Origin: an uncultured delta proteobacterium
GTDB taxonomy: Bacteria; Myxococcota; Myxococcia; Myxococcales; Myxococcaceae
Length of the DNA: 64,000 bases
Direction: 5' to 3'
Assembly (NCBI GenBank): GCA_963776345.1
Contig: CAVZMH010000016.1
Span: 192,001 to 256,000 of the forward strand
The translations under genes were made by a program, and so were the position numbers. Below, one piece after another: positions 20,201 through 28,661 of this stretch (position 1 is the stretch's first letter; each line of letters opens with the position of its first letter). The notes under the pieces are model-generated. The model saw only the letters and a list, made by a program, of their open reading frames with translations. It was not told the DNA's origin and did not search any database.

Positions 20201-20591
20201 CCTGATGGGCCTCGACGCCGAGACCGGGGTCTTCATGCTCCTCTTCCTCGACCTCGCGCACGACGAGGCGCACGCCGCCGGGAGGCTCAAGACCCGCGGC
20301 GACCTGGTGGAGGCCATCGTCCACGGCGCGGTGAAGCGCGTGCGCCCCAAGGCGATGACCGTGGCCGCGGCGTTCATGGGCCTGTTGCCCATCCTCTGGG
20401 CGACCGGGACCGGCGCGGACGTCATGAAGCGGATCGCCGCGCCGATGGTCGGCGGGCTGGTGACGTCCTTCATCCTCGAGCTGCTGGTCTACCCGGCGGT
20501 GTACTTCCTGTGGAAAGGCCGCGGGCTGGCCGATGGTCCGGCCACCGCGCCCGAGCCCAGGCCAGGTGAGTTCTCGCCCGCCCTCGCCTGA
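17289..20591 (+). CDS. cusA: CusA-type Cu(I)/Ag(I) RND efflux pump
   Basis: LDALPDLSDTQVIV, EDQVTYP, GPDATSVGWVFQY; Met-triad contexts ILYMP, APLSMMET, RLDMLSTG; MKRIAAPMVGG. Confidence 0.93.
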   Translation: MIRRLIRFSAEQRWVVLTCAVVLLAISFWTMRTIPLDALPDLSDTQVIVYSRWDRSPDILEDQVTYPITAALLGTPRVKAIRGFSDFGYSFVYVIFEDGTDPYWARTRVLEYLSKITSQLPPGVKTELGPDATSVGWVFQYALVDRSGKHSSDELRSFQDWFLRYALQAVPGVSEIATVGGQVRQYQITVNPNALASYRIPLDAVIQAVRRGNNDVGGRLVEISGREYMVRGRGYVKSTHDLESLVLRTEKGTPITVKDVAQVTLGPEMRRGVADLDGQGDVVGGIVVMRQGENALSVIERVKSKLAELKPSLPPGVEVVTTYDRSILIDRAIETVRSKLIEEIIIVSLVILIFLWHVPSAIVPIITIPVSVALAFIPMKLFGLNANLMSLAGIAISIGVLVDGAIVEVENAYNKIQHWQAAGSPGSFHDVRLAALMEVGPSVFFSLLVIAVAFLPVFTLVDQEGRLFRPLAFSKNFAMAIAAVLAVTVDPALRMLFARIEPFHFRPRALSWLASGLLVGTYHPEQRHPISRLLHRVYEGPCRFVLRHAGATVVASVVLVALTVPVYLRLGSEFMPPLDEGTILYMPSAVQPGMSVAEAQAALQLQSKLLRTFPEVERVFGKAGRATTSTDPAPLSMMETTVTLKPRSQWREAPRWYSGWAPGWLKALFRPIWDDRISEAELRAEMDAALRLPGISNAWTMPIKGRLDMLSTGIRTPIGIKISGANLEEIQKVAVATEAALSKVSGTRSVYAERVSEGFFLDFVLKRDRLARYGLSIDDANAMVLTAVGGEEQGVTVEGRERYGINVRYARDYREDLSALRRVLLPLPQGGQIPMEEIADVGLVQGPSMIRNENGLLAGYVYVDFDTSKVDIGSYVDRAKEAVAAAVQVPPGYSMSWSGQYENMLRVRERLKFIVPVTLFLIFGLLYVNTRSGVKAGIVLLAVPFSAIGAVWLLWMLGYNVSIAVWVGMIALMGLDAETGVFMLLFLDLAHDEAHAAGRLKTRGDLVEAIVHGAVKRVRPKAMTVAAAFMGLLPILWATGTGADVMKRIAAPMVGGLVTSFILELLVYPAVYFLWKGRGLADGPATAPEPRPGEFSPALA

Positions 20592-20670
20592 TCGGTCGGG
20601 CTCCCCTCCGGTCAGCGGTTCTGTCTATGCTCCGGGGCTCAGGTCGAACCCACCCGGGAGGGTCTCAGGG

Positions 20671-20823
20671 ATGCACTTCAAGAAGCTGTTCCAGGTGCTG
20701 GTGCTCGGTGGCGCGGTGGTGGGAGCCGGCGCCGGATGCTCCCAGGCGAACGCCCAGGACAAGGGAAAGCAGCCAGCCGTGGACGCGGGGACCGAGTCCG
20801 GGGGCGGGGTCAAGGGCTGGTGA
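20671..20823 (+). CDS. 50-aa exported peptide/lipopeptide ending GGGVKGW
   Basis: MHFKKLFQVLVLGGAVVGAGAGCSQANAQDKGKQPAVDAGTESGGGVKGW*; GGAGG upstream; its stop overlaps the next GTG (GTGA). Confidence 0.75.
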   Translation: MHFKKLFQVLVLGGAVVGAGAGCSQANAQDKGKQPAVDAGTESGGGVKGW

Positions 20824-21524
20824 CCTCCGCCCGTCGCGCGGCGGCGGCGGCCTGGGCCTTCCGCGCGCGGGTGGAGCAAGAGGCGGCGCTGCGGTTCGAC
20901 CGGCTGGCGGCCACCGTCGCCAGCTTCGATGCCGACTCGCCCGTGCCGGCGATGATGCGCCGGGCCGCGGACGACGAGCGCCGGCATACTCAGCTGTGCG
21001 CGCGCCTCGCGGGGAGCCTCGGGAGTCCGGTGGCGCTCGAGCCGATGGAGCTCCCGGCCATCGCGCCGCGGTCACTCGATACGCGGAAGGCGGCGCTGTA
21101 CGAGGTCGTCGCCGCCTGCTGCATCACCGAGACCGAGAGCATGTCGGTGCTCACCACCCTCCTCGCCGGTGAGCCGGACCCGGAGGTGCGCGAGGTGCTG
21201 CACGCCATCTCCCGCGACGAGGTGGTCCACTCGCGGATGGGCTGGGCGCACCTGGCGCGCGAGGCGAGCACCGCCGAGGTGGCGTTCCTCGGCCCGCTGG
21301 TGCCCGGGATGCTCGCCGGGACGGTCGACGAGGGGCTCTTCGGGGCCCCGCCGGCGGACGAGGACCCCGAGGGGCTGCTCCGGCTCGGCGTTCTCCCGCT
21401 CGCGAAGAAGCGCGAGGTGTTCCTCGGAACGCTGGAGCAGGTCGTCTTCCCCGGGCTCGAGAAGTTCGGCGTGAACCCCGAGCCCGCCCGGCAGTGGCTC
21501 GCCCACGCCGCCGGGCTGAGCTGA
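20820..21524 (+). CDS. Ferritin-like four-helix-bundle diiron-carboxylate protein
   Basis: E..ExxH..E..ExxH layout: RVEQEA, DDERRH, CCITETES, RDEVVH; no signal peptide. Confidence 0.82.
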   Translation: MTSARRAAAAAWAFRARVEQEAALRFDRLAATVASFDADSPVPAMMRRAADDERRHTQLCARLAGSLGSPVALEPMELPAIAPRSLDTRKAALYEVVAACCITETESMSVLTTLLAGEPDPEVREVLHAISRDEVVHSRMGWAHLAREASTAEVAFLGPLVPGMLAGTVDEGLFGAPPADEDPEGLLRLGVLPLAKKREVFLGTLEQVVFPGLEKFGVNPEPARQWLAHAAGLS

Positions 21525-21623
21525 ACGAGGTTCCGCGCGGTGAGGCGCACCCCGGCACACCGGCGACGAGCCCGAGGGCAGCGGAGAGGAGGCCCGGGAG
21601 GAGCGCCCGGGGCCCTGCCTCCA

Positions 21624-21745
21624 GCGCTCGAGATGCTATAGCACGCAAGCCCATACGGGCAGCGAACATCGAACCATGCTTCGCGTGGTTGCGCGTCGCC
21701 GACTCGCACTGTGAGTAGGCGAAATTGCTATAGCATCTTGAGCGC
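21624..21745. repeat. 122-bp element bounded by 20-bp inverted repeats with internal hairpins (sRNA or MITE-like)
   Basis: GCGCTCGAGATGCTATAGCA (21624-21643) pairs with TGCTATAGCATCTTGAGCGC (21726-21745), one G-T mismatch; three internal stem-loops. Confidence 0.7.
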
Positions 21746-21820
21746 CAGAGCCGGTCGCCTCCGCGGGGGGCTCGAGCGCCGCACCGACGGACGTCGACTC
21801 TCGTGAGCGGGCTGATCCCA

Positions 21821-23464
21821 TCAGAGCGCGGGAAGCGCCGCGCTTGCCGCGAACGTCGGAGGCTTCCGGGCGTGGGTGGCCTGCTCGTAAGCGTACGCGA
21901 GCGCGAGGAGCCGCGACTCGCTCCACGCCCGCCCGAAGAAGCTCAGGCCCACGGGCAGTCCGCGCACCTGTCCCATCGGCACGGTCACGTGCGGATAGCC
22001 GGCCACCGCCGCGGCGGTGCTGCATCCCCCGGACGAGTAGTCGCCGTTCACCCAGTCGATGAGCCACGCCGGGCCCTGCGTCGGCGCCACCAGCGCATCG
22101 AGCTTGTGCTTGTCCATGACCGCGTCGATGCCCTCCTTGCGCGCGAGCCGGATGCACGCCTCCCGCGCCTTCCGGTACGCCGGGGTGGTCAGCGGCCCTT
22201 TCTTCTCCGCGTCGAAGAAGAGCTCCTGGCCGAACAGCGGCATCTCGGCGTCCGCGTGGGCCTGGTTCCACTCGATGAGCGCCTTCATCGTCCTCGGACC
22301 GGGTCCACCGAGCTTCGACAGGTACGCCTCGAGGTCGGCCTTGAACTCGTAGAGCAGCACCTCCATCTCGGGCTCGTCGATCTTCGCCGCGGTGGCGATC
22401 GGCGCCGGGTCGACGATGATCGCTCCCTCCGACTTCAGGAGCTTGATCGCCTCCTCCGCCAGCGCGTCGGTCGCCGGGTGGTAGCCGAAGTACTTCGGCC
22501 TGGGGACGCCGATCCGCGCCCCCTTGAGCGCGCCCCTGTCCAGCGCCGCCGTGTACCGGACGTCGAACCGCGCCCCCTTCGCGCCCGTGGCCGGGTCGCT
22601 GGGATCCCGCCCGGCGAGCACCTCGAGGAGCAGCGCCGCGTCGCGCACGGTCCGGGCCATCGGGCCGGCGGTGTCCTGGCTGTGGGAGATGGGGACGATG
22701 CCGCTCCGGCTCACCAGCCCCACCGTCGGCTTCACCCCCACCAGCGCCGACGCGGCCGACGGCGAGACGATGGACCCGTCGGTCTCGGTGCCGACCGCGA
22801 CCGCGCACAGGTTCGAGGCCACGGCCACGCCCGACCCGGAGCTCGAGCCGGACGGGCTCCTGTCCAGCGCGTAGGGGTTCCGGCACTGGCCTCCCCGGCC
22901 GCTCCAGCCGCTGGACGAGTGGGTGGAGCGGAAGTTCGCCCACTCGCTGAGCTGGGTCTTCCCGAGGAGCACCGCTCCGGCCTCGCGCAGCCGCCCGACG
23001 AGGAACGCATCCGCCGGCACCGTCGCCTCCATCAGGGCCAGCGACCCGGCCGTGGTGTGCATCCGGTCCTTGGTGGCGATGTTGTCCTTGAGCAGCACCG
23101 GGACGCCGTGCAGCGGGCCCCGCACCTTCCCCGCCTTCCGCTCCCGGTCCAGCGCGTCAGCCTGGGCGAGCGCGTCCGGGTTGGTCTCCAGCACCGAGCG
23201 GAGCCGGCCGTCCCGCTGGGCGATGCGGTCCAGGGACTTCTGGGTGATGGAGCGGCTGGTCTCCTCCCCGCTCGCCATGCGCGCCTGGAGGTCGTCGAGG
23301 GTCGCCTCGTCGAGCGACGAGCCGGCGCCGGCGTCCGGCTGGCCGGCCGGGGCCGCGGAGACGCCGTCGCGCCCGAGGAGCGCGGCACCGGCGACGCCGA
23401 GCTGCAACAGCCGCCGCCTCGACAGGTCCTCGAGCAGACCCGGGCCCTTGACCTTCCGCTGCAT
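21821..23464 (-). CDS. Amidase signature family enzyme with Tat signal
   Basis: SRRRLLQ twin-arginine leader; GPLHGVPVLLKDNI, SGSSSGS, GTETDGSI. Confidence 0.93.
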   Translation of the reverse strand: MQRKVKGPGLLEDLSRRRLLQLGVAGAALLGRDGVSAAPAGQPDAGAGSSLDEATLDDLQARMASGEETSRSITQKSLDRIAQRDGRLRSVLETNPDALAQADALDRERKAGKVRGPLHGVPVLLKDNIATKDRMHTTAGSLALMEATVPADAFLVGRLREAGAVLLGKTQLSEWANFRSTHSSSGWSGRGGQCRNPYALDRSPSGSSSGSGVAVASNLCAVAVGTETDGSIVSPSAASALVGVKPTVGLVSRSGIVPISHSQDTAGPMARTVRDAALLLEVLAGRDPSDPATGAKGARFDVRYTAALDRGALKGARIGVPRPKYFGYHPATDALAEEAIKLLKSEGAIIVDPAPIATAAKIDEPEMEVLLYEFKADLEAYLSKLGGPGPRTMKALIEWNQAHADAEMPLFGQELFFDAEKKGPLTTPAYRKAREACIRLARKEGIDAVMDKHKLDALVAPTQGPAWLIDWVNGDYSSGGCSTAAAVAGYPHVTVPMGQVRGLPVGLSFFGRAWSESRLLALAYAYEQATHARKPPTFAASAALPAL

Positions 23465-23560
23465 GCGTCCCTCCTCGAGGTGGCGTGGGCCGCCGAGACT
23501 GTCACCGGGAGGCGGGGCGCGGCCAGCGCTGCGTTCAGCCATTCGCGCAAGGCGCGCTTC

Positions 23561-23890
23561 TTGAAGCGTTTGCTGGCCATGCTGGTCTGTCTCGCCGTGG
23601 CCGCGACGGTGCTCGCCTCTCCACCCCCGATGGTGATGGCGAGCCAGCTGCCGAAGGGGGCGGTCTTCCTGGTCATCGGACCCGGCGACACCCCTGCCGC
23701 GCCGGCGCTGCCCTCACCGTCCGCGCGGGTGGAGTCCCGGCCGGGAGCGTTTCTGTGGGGCTTCCTGGATCAGTTTGCGGTGGTGAAGCCACACCGCTCC
23801 GGCCGCGACGAGCCGCCGACGCTGCAGATGTTCGTCCTGGTCGCCCCGATGAAGGGCCAGGTCGGCGTCCACGCAGTCGGAAGTTTCTGA
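23561..23890 (+). CDS. Small exported hypothetical protein
   Basis: TTG/ATG start, signal-like KRLLAMLVCLAVAATVLA; fills the gap between amidase and SDR. Confidence 0.5.
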   Translation: MKRLLAMLVCLAVAATVLASPPPMVMASQLPKGAVFLVIGPGDTPAAPALPSPSARVESRPGAFLWGFLDQFAVVKPHRSGRDEPPTLQMFVLVAPMKGQVGVHAVGSF

Positions 23891-23916
23891 GCGGAGCGGC
23901 CGGCGCGGGCGTCCGG

Positions 23917-24516
23917 TCAGCCGCCCACGTTGCGCAGCGAACGCCCGGTGAAGGTCCCCTCGATGCTGGCGACGTAGTCCCGCGCGACGACGTCGGCGCG
24001 GGTTCCACCCTTCGGGTCCATCCCCATCGCCTCGAGCGTCTCGGAGACCCAGCCCGGACAGCAGTCGTTGATGCGGATGCCGCGCGGCAGCTCGAGCGCC
24101 GCGGCGCGCACGAACCCGATGAGCCCTCCATTCACCAGCGCCAGGACGCCGCTCCCCGGGCTCGGACGCTCGAAGAGGATGCCGGTGGTCAAGGTGAACG
24201 AGCCCTGGTCGTTGACCTGGTCCACGCCGTACCGGACGAGGTTCACCTGCCCCATCAGCTTGCTGGAGAGGGTGAAGCGGAAGTCCTCGTCGGTGAGCTG
24301 GGCGAGCGGGGCGAACTTTCCCTCGCCCGCGGCCGAGACCACCGCGTCCACCCGTCCGGCGCTCCGGTACATCCGCCGGATCGACTCGGCGTCGGTCAGG
24401 TCGACCTTCACCTCGCTCTTGCTCCGGCTGGCCCGGATCACCTCGTGTCTCGGGGCCAGCGCCCGGACGATGGCCTGGCCGATGGTTCCGTTCGCACCGA
24501 CGACGAGCACCCGCAT
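23917..24516 (-). CDS. Short-chain dehydrogenase (atypical short SDR)
   Basis: MRVLVVGANGTIG, SKLMGQVNLV, GSFTLTTG, AAALELPRGIRIN. Confidence 0.9.
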   Translation of the reverse strand: MRVLVVGANGTIGQAIVRALAPRHEVIRASRSKSEVKVDLTDAESIRRMYRSAGRVDAVVSAAGEGKFAPLAQLTDEDFRFTLSSKLMGQVNLVRYGVDQVNDQGSFTLTTGILFERPSPGSGVLALVNGGLIGFVRAAALELPRGIRINDCCPGWVSETLEAMGMDPKGGTRADVVARDYVASIEGTFTGRSLRNVGG

Positions 24517-24596
24517 GAGGACTCCTCCCTGCGCGGGGCTCCTACCACCGCTCCCGGGCGAGAGCGACGGGACGCTCGGCGCCGCTGTCGGGCATC

Positions 24597-25748
24597 TCAC
24601 CTCGAGGCGTTCGCCGACGCGGGCGCGGTGACGCCGGGCCGGGTGCCCTCGACCACCACCCAGATCGTCGGCAGCCCCGCCGCCCCGGGGTTGAGCGAGT
24701 GCCATCCGTCCGGGACCTCCGGAGGGGCCCAGCGAAAGAGCCACTCGCCGTCGGCGAGCGAGACGTTCACGCAGCCGTGCGACACCGGGACGCCGAACCG
24801 GTCGTGCCAGACGGCGGCGTGCAGCGCGACGTCGTGGCCGAACCAGAGGACGTCCGGCACCTCCTCGACGAGGTACCGCACCCGGTGCCCATGCATCCGC
24901 GCGTGACGGACCTTGAGCCAGACCCGGAACACGCCGGTCGGAGTCTCCCAGTCCCGCTTCCCGGTGGAGACCAGCGTCGCGAAGACCAGCCGGTCTCCCT
25001 CGTACGCGGTCAGGGTCTGCTCGTCCGTGTCGACGTGGACCCAGCGCTCCGCGGGCCCGATGTCCGGAGGTCGAGGGCGCGCCCACGCCAGCCGCACCGC
25101 GCTCCGGGGGAGCGACCCCGCGGTGGTGAGGACCCTCTTGCCGACCTCGAGCACCTCGAGCGCGGTCCCGCGCGGGAGGACTGCGGGCCGCTCGCCGCTG
25201 GCCGCGGAGAGCGTCACCTGCCGCAGCAGGAAGGCCAGCCGCGGGGGCGGATCGGCCACGCCCTGGAAGGGGCTGGCCTCGATCGCCTTCACCGCGCTCC
25301 GGAGGATGAACTCTCCCCGGGGCGTCTCCAGCCAGTCACCGGCGTCGGTGGGCTCGTCGCGCACCGCGAGGATGTGCCCACGCCGGGCGCGCTCCAGCAC
25401 CTTGGCCTCCGGGTCCGGCGCGCCGCGGAGCTCGGTGAACCGGGCCCGCACGCGGACGTAGCGGAACGGGCCAGCGAGCGGGTCACCTTCCTCGGGAAGC
25501 GTGAAGCCGAGCAGACGGGTCCGCACCGCGCCGAAGGGCCGGAGGCGCGTCCATCCGGAGCCGTCCGGCTCGCTCGACTCGACCTCCACCCGAGCGCCCC
25601 GCTCGAGCTCTCCGATGACCGGGGTGTGGGTTCCGGGGCCCAGGCGCACGTTGGCTTGCTCTGCCTGCACCCAGGCGTCGTCCCCGAGGGCGCTGCGCGC
25701 GAGCACGAGCGTGGCAAGCAGGGCGAGACGTGGCCCGACGAGGTCCAA
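24597..25748 (-). CDS. L,D-transpeptidase with SH3-like N-terminal repeats
   Basis: ANVRLGPGT SH3b-like segment; TLVSTG..TPTG; catalytic H..SHGCVN motif. Confidence 0.88.
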   Translation of the reverse strand: MDLVGPRLALLATLVLARSALGDDAWVQAEQANVRLGPGTHTPVIGELERGARVEVESSEPDGSGWTRLRPFGAVRTRLLGFTLPEEGDPLAGPFRYVRVRARFTELRGAPDPEAKVLERARRGHILAVRDEPTDAGDWLETPRGEFILRSAVKAIEASPFQGVADPPPRLAFLLRQVTLSAASGERPAVLPRGTALEVLEVGKRVLTTAGSLPRSAVRLAWARPRPPDIGPAERWVHVDTDEQTLTAYEGDRLVFATLVSTGKRDWETPTGVFRVWLKVRHARMHGHRVRYLVEEVPDVLWFGHDVALHAAVWHDRFGVPVSHGCVNVSLADGEWLFRWAPPEVPDGWHSLNPGAAGLPTIWVVVEGTRPGVTAPASANASR

Positions 25749-25898
25749 GACCCCTCCAGGAGCATCAAGCGCCGTGCCATCGGTTCCCCGGGCCGGGACG
25801 GCCCGAGCCGCGCAAGCGCTGCGCGGGGAGGCTGCCGGTCGCGCGCCCTGCGCCCCCGGGAGTCACCGCTCCTCCCGTGCGCTCGGCGTCCGCCGGGC

Positions 25899-26510
25899 TC
25901 AGTCCAGGAAGCTCACCTGGCCCGAGTCGAGCGCGTACTCGGCTCCCTTGACTTGAAGTTGGCCGGCGAGAACCAGGCGCTCGAGGATGTCCGACCCGTG
26001 TCGGAGCTGGTTCACCGAGGCCCGGATGTTGGCCTGCACCGCCTCCTGGACGAGGCGCGCGCGATCCTGGCCGAGCTCGGTGTGGAGCAGTCCCTCGATG
26101 GACGGACGCACCCGGTCGACGATGGACCGCAGGCCCGGGCTCTGGGACTGCCCCGGCCGGGAGAGCGCCTCGAGGGTGGCGTCGATGGCCCCGCAGCGGC
26201 TGTGACCGAGGACCACCACCAGCTGGACGCCGAAGCGCTCGACCGCGAACTCCACGCTCCCCACCTGCGAGGGCGCCACCACATTGCCGGCCACGCGGAT
26301 GACGAAGAGGTCCCCGAGCCCCTGGTCGAAGACGATCTCCGCCGGAACACGCGCGTCCGAGCACCCGAGGACCACCGCGAAGGGGCGGTGGTTGTCGGCG
26401 ACCTCGGCCCGCCGCACCGCAGAGGTCATGGCCTCGCTGCGGCGGAGGTTGGCGACGAAGCGGGCGTTGCCGTCCTGAAGGCGTTGGAGCGCCACCGCGG
26501 GGTCGACCAT
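25899..26510 (-). CDS. Beta-class carbonic anhydrase
   Basis: GCSDARVPAEIVFDQGLGDLFVIRVAGN and GHSRCGA zinc ligands. Confidence 0.95.
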   Translation of the reverse strand: MVDPAVALQRLQDGNARFVANLRRSEAMTSAVRRAEVADNHRPFAVVLGCSDARVPAEIVFDQGLGDLFVIRVAGNVVAPSQVGSVEFAVERFGVQLVVVLGHSRCGAIDATLEALSRPGQSQSPGLRSIVDRVRPSIEGLLHTELGQDRARLVQEAVQANIRASVNQLRHGSDILERLVLAGQLQVKGAEYALDSGQVSFLD

Positions 26511-26627
26511 GGGGCCGCCAACCCTGCTGCCACTGGCGCGCCGAGGTCAACGGCAATCTCGGCACCGGGGCGACGGGTTCCAGGCCCCCGGCCGTCGGAG
26601 CGGTCCCGGAGAAGATTGCGCGCGCGC

Positions 26628-27254
26628 TCAGAGCACCTGGCGGACCGCCGTCTCGAAGTCCTCGAGCGGGTGTGCCCCCACGAGGACCCGGGCGACCCTG
26701 CCCTGCCGATCCAGCACCAGCGTCGTCGGCCGGCCCCGGTAGGCCATCTGTCCGACCTCGTCCTCGGGCGGAACGTCCCCGAAGTACCCGTTCACTCGCG
26801 CCGTGGAAGCCGGAACTGCCTTCCGCAGCTCGTCGGGAGCCTCGTCCGAGACGGTGAGGACCACCACGTCGCGGCGGCGGCGCGCGAGCTCCTCCAGCGC
26901 GGGGAGCTCCTGCGTGCATGGTCCGCACCACGTGGCCCAGAAGTTGAGGACCACGACGTTGCCGGCGAAATCGGCGAGCGTTCGCCTGGACCCGTCCTCG
27001 AGCAGCCGGAAGGTGAACCCCCGGGTCCGGCCCTCGAGCGCCAGGTGGACCCCGCGCACGAACCGGAAGCCGAGAACGCAAGGCACCAGCAGGGCGACGC
27101 ACATTCCACCCACGATCCATCCGCGCGCGCGCCGCCAGCCCCCGTGCCGGAGCGCCAGGGCGGCCAGGCCGAACAGGACCAGCCCGAGCACCGGAAAGAG
27201 CACCGACCCGTGCTCGAGCATCGCGGCGAACAGACGGCGCTGAACGTCCTGCAT
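26628..27254 (-). CDS. TlpA-family thiol-disulfide oxidoreductase, membrane anchored (start uncertain)
   Basis: VVLNFWATWCGPC, cis-Pro RPTT; two N-terminal hydrophobic segments. Confidence 0.85.
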   Translation of the reverse strand: MQDVQRRLFAAMLEHGSVLFPVLGLVLFGLAALALRHGGWRRARGWIVGGMCVALLVPCVLGFRFVRGVHLALEGRTRGFTFRLLEDGSRRTLADFAGNVVVLNFWATWCGPCTQELPALEELARRRRDVVVLTVSDEAPDELRKAVPASTARVNGYFGDVPPEDEVGQMAYRGRPTTLVLDRQGRVARVLVGAHPLEDFETAVRQVL

Positions 27255-27369
27255 GGCGATCGGACGCGCAGGCCCCGAGGCGATTGCAGCGAATCCGCGA
27301 ACGGAGCGTCAGGGCCCGGGAACAGAGTGCGCCGCGGCACGAGAGGTCACACGGGCGGAGGCAGCGGCG

Positions 27370-28596
27370 GTGGACACGTCCACAGTGGAGGCACGGTACC
27401 GCCCGGGGGCGCGGCGGGAGGGCATCGCCCTCTGCCTCTCGGGTGGCGGCTTCCGGGCCGCCCTCTTCCACGCCGGGGCGATCCGCCGGCTGAACGAGCT
27501 CGGGCTCCTCTCGCAGGTGCGCACGGTCTCCTCGGTGTCGGGCGGATCGATCGCCAATGCGCTCCTCGCCTCTGTCTGGCCCCGGCTCACCCGCCAGGGC
27601 CACCTCTTCACCAACCTCGAGGCACTCTTCGAGCGGCCGCTGCGCGCTTTCTGCGGGCGGAACATCCGGAACGGTCCGCTGCTGTGGGGCCGGCTGGATC
27701 CGCGCAACTGGCCACGCCTGCTCTCCCCGGCCTTTTCCGCCACCGATCTCCTGGCCGCCGAGTACGAGCGCCTGGTCGGCTCGCTCCGTCTGAGCGCCCT
27801 CCCCGCCCACCCCCGGTTCGTCTTCTGCGCGGCGAACCTCCAGACCGGCGTCAACTTCGAGCTCTCGGCGCGCTCCATCGGCGACTACGTCCTCGGGTAC
27901 GGCGAGCCGGGCCGGATGACCCTGGCCGAGGCGGTCGCCGCCTCCTCGTCGTTCCCCTTCGCCTTCCCACCGCTGGTGCGCGACCTGGACCTGGGCGAGC
28001 TCACCGGCGGAGACCCGCGGGCCGTCGCCACCGGCTTCCGGCCCGGACCGCGCATCGCCCTGACCGACGGCGGTGTCTACGACAACATGGGGCTCGAGCC
28101 GGCGTGGAAGACCCATCAGGTGGTCCTGGTCTCGGACGGTGGGACCCCGTTCGAGATCCAGGCCCGGGCCCGGGCGTGGCTCGTTCCCAGGCTCCTCCGC
28201 TCGTTCCAGGTCGTCGCCAACCAGGCGGTCGCGGTGCGCAAGCGCTGGCTCGTCGCCGCGTATCTCCGTGGCGTGTACCGGGGCGCCTACTGGGGCCTGG
28301 GCACGGACCGCGACGAGTACCAGACGCCCGGCGCGGCGCACCCAGCCGGCTACTCCGGGCGGGTGCTGGACCGCCTCCGCGTCGTCCGCACCGACCTGGA
28401 CCGCTTCTCCCCCGCCGAGCAGTCGGTCCTGATGAACCACGGGTGGGCGCTGGCCGGGGCGGCCCTCACCCGCTGGGGAGCGGACCTGGCGACGACCACG
28501 TCTCCCCCCGTTCCGCCCGACCCGGCGCTGCTCGACCCGGCTGCAGCGCTCGCCGCCCTCGCCGAGAGCGACCGGTTCCGGCTCCTCGGCCACTAG
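27370..28596 (+). CDS. Patatin-like phospholipase (start uncertain)
   Basis: LSGGGFRA, SSVSGGS nucleophile elbow, DGGVYDNMG. Confidence 0.9.
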   Translation: MDTSTVEARYRPGARREGIALCLSGGGFRAALFHAGAIRRLNELGLLSQVRTVSSVSGGSIANALLASVWPRLTRQGHLFTNLEALFERPLRAFCGRNIRNGPLLWGRLDPRNWPRLLSPAFSATDLLAAEYERLVGSLRLSALPAHPRFVFCAANLQTGVNFELSARSIGDYVLGYGEPGRMTLAEAVAASSSFPFAFPPLVRDLDLGELTGGDPRAVATGFRPGPRIALTDGGVYDNMGLEPAWKTHQVVLVSDGGTPFEIQARARAWLVPRLLRSFQVVANQAVAVRKRWLVAAYLRGVYRGAYWGLGTDRDEYQTPGAAHPAGYSGRVLDRLRVVRTDLDRFSPAEQSVLMNHGWALAGAALTRWGADLATTTSPPVPPDPALLDPAAALAALAESDRFRLLGH

Positions 28597-28661
28597 CGGA
28601 ATCCACCGAAATGCTTGTCACGCCCCCGGTCCGCATCGGAGAGTTCCGGCGGGAGGGGACG

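Noticed and set aside
21624..21745. Element as tRNA, retron msr-msd or integron attC
   Set aside because: No T-loop/anticodon consensus or CCA, no reverse transcriptase in the window, and no RYYYAAC/GTTRRRY core sites or integrase.
27370..28596. Patatin as a CBASS or other anti-phage effector
   Set aside because: No cyclase (CD-NTase), Cap2/Cap3, reverse transcriptase or other defence gene recognised nearby.
24699..28661. 1635-aa ORF and other very long Arg/Pro/Gly-rich ORFs in the track
   Set aside because: Shadow frames typical of very high GC DNA; only the 3' part (28662-29606) looks like a real protein.
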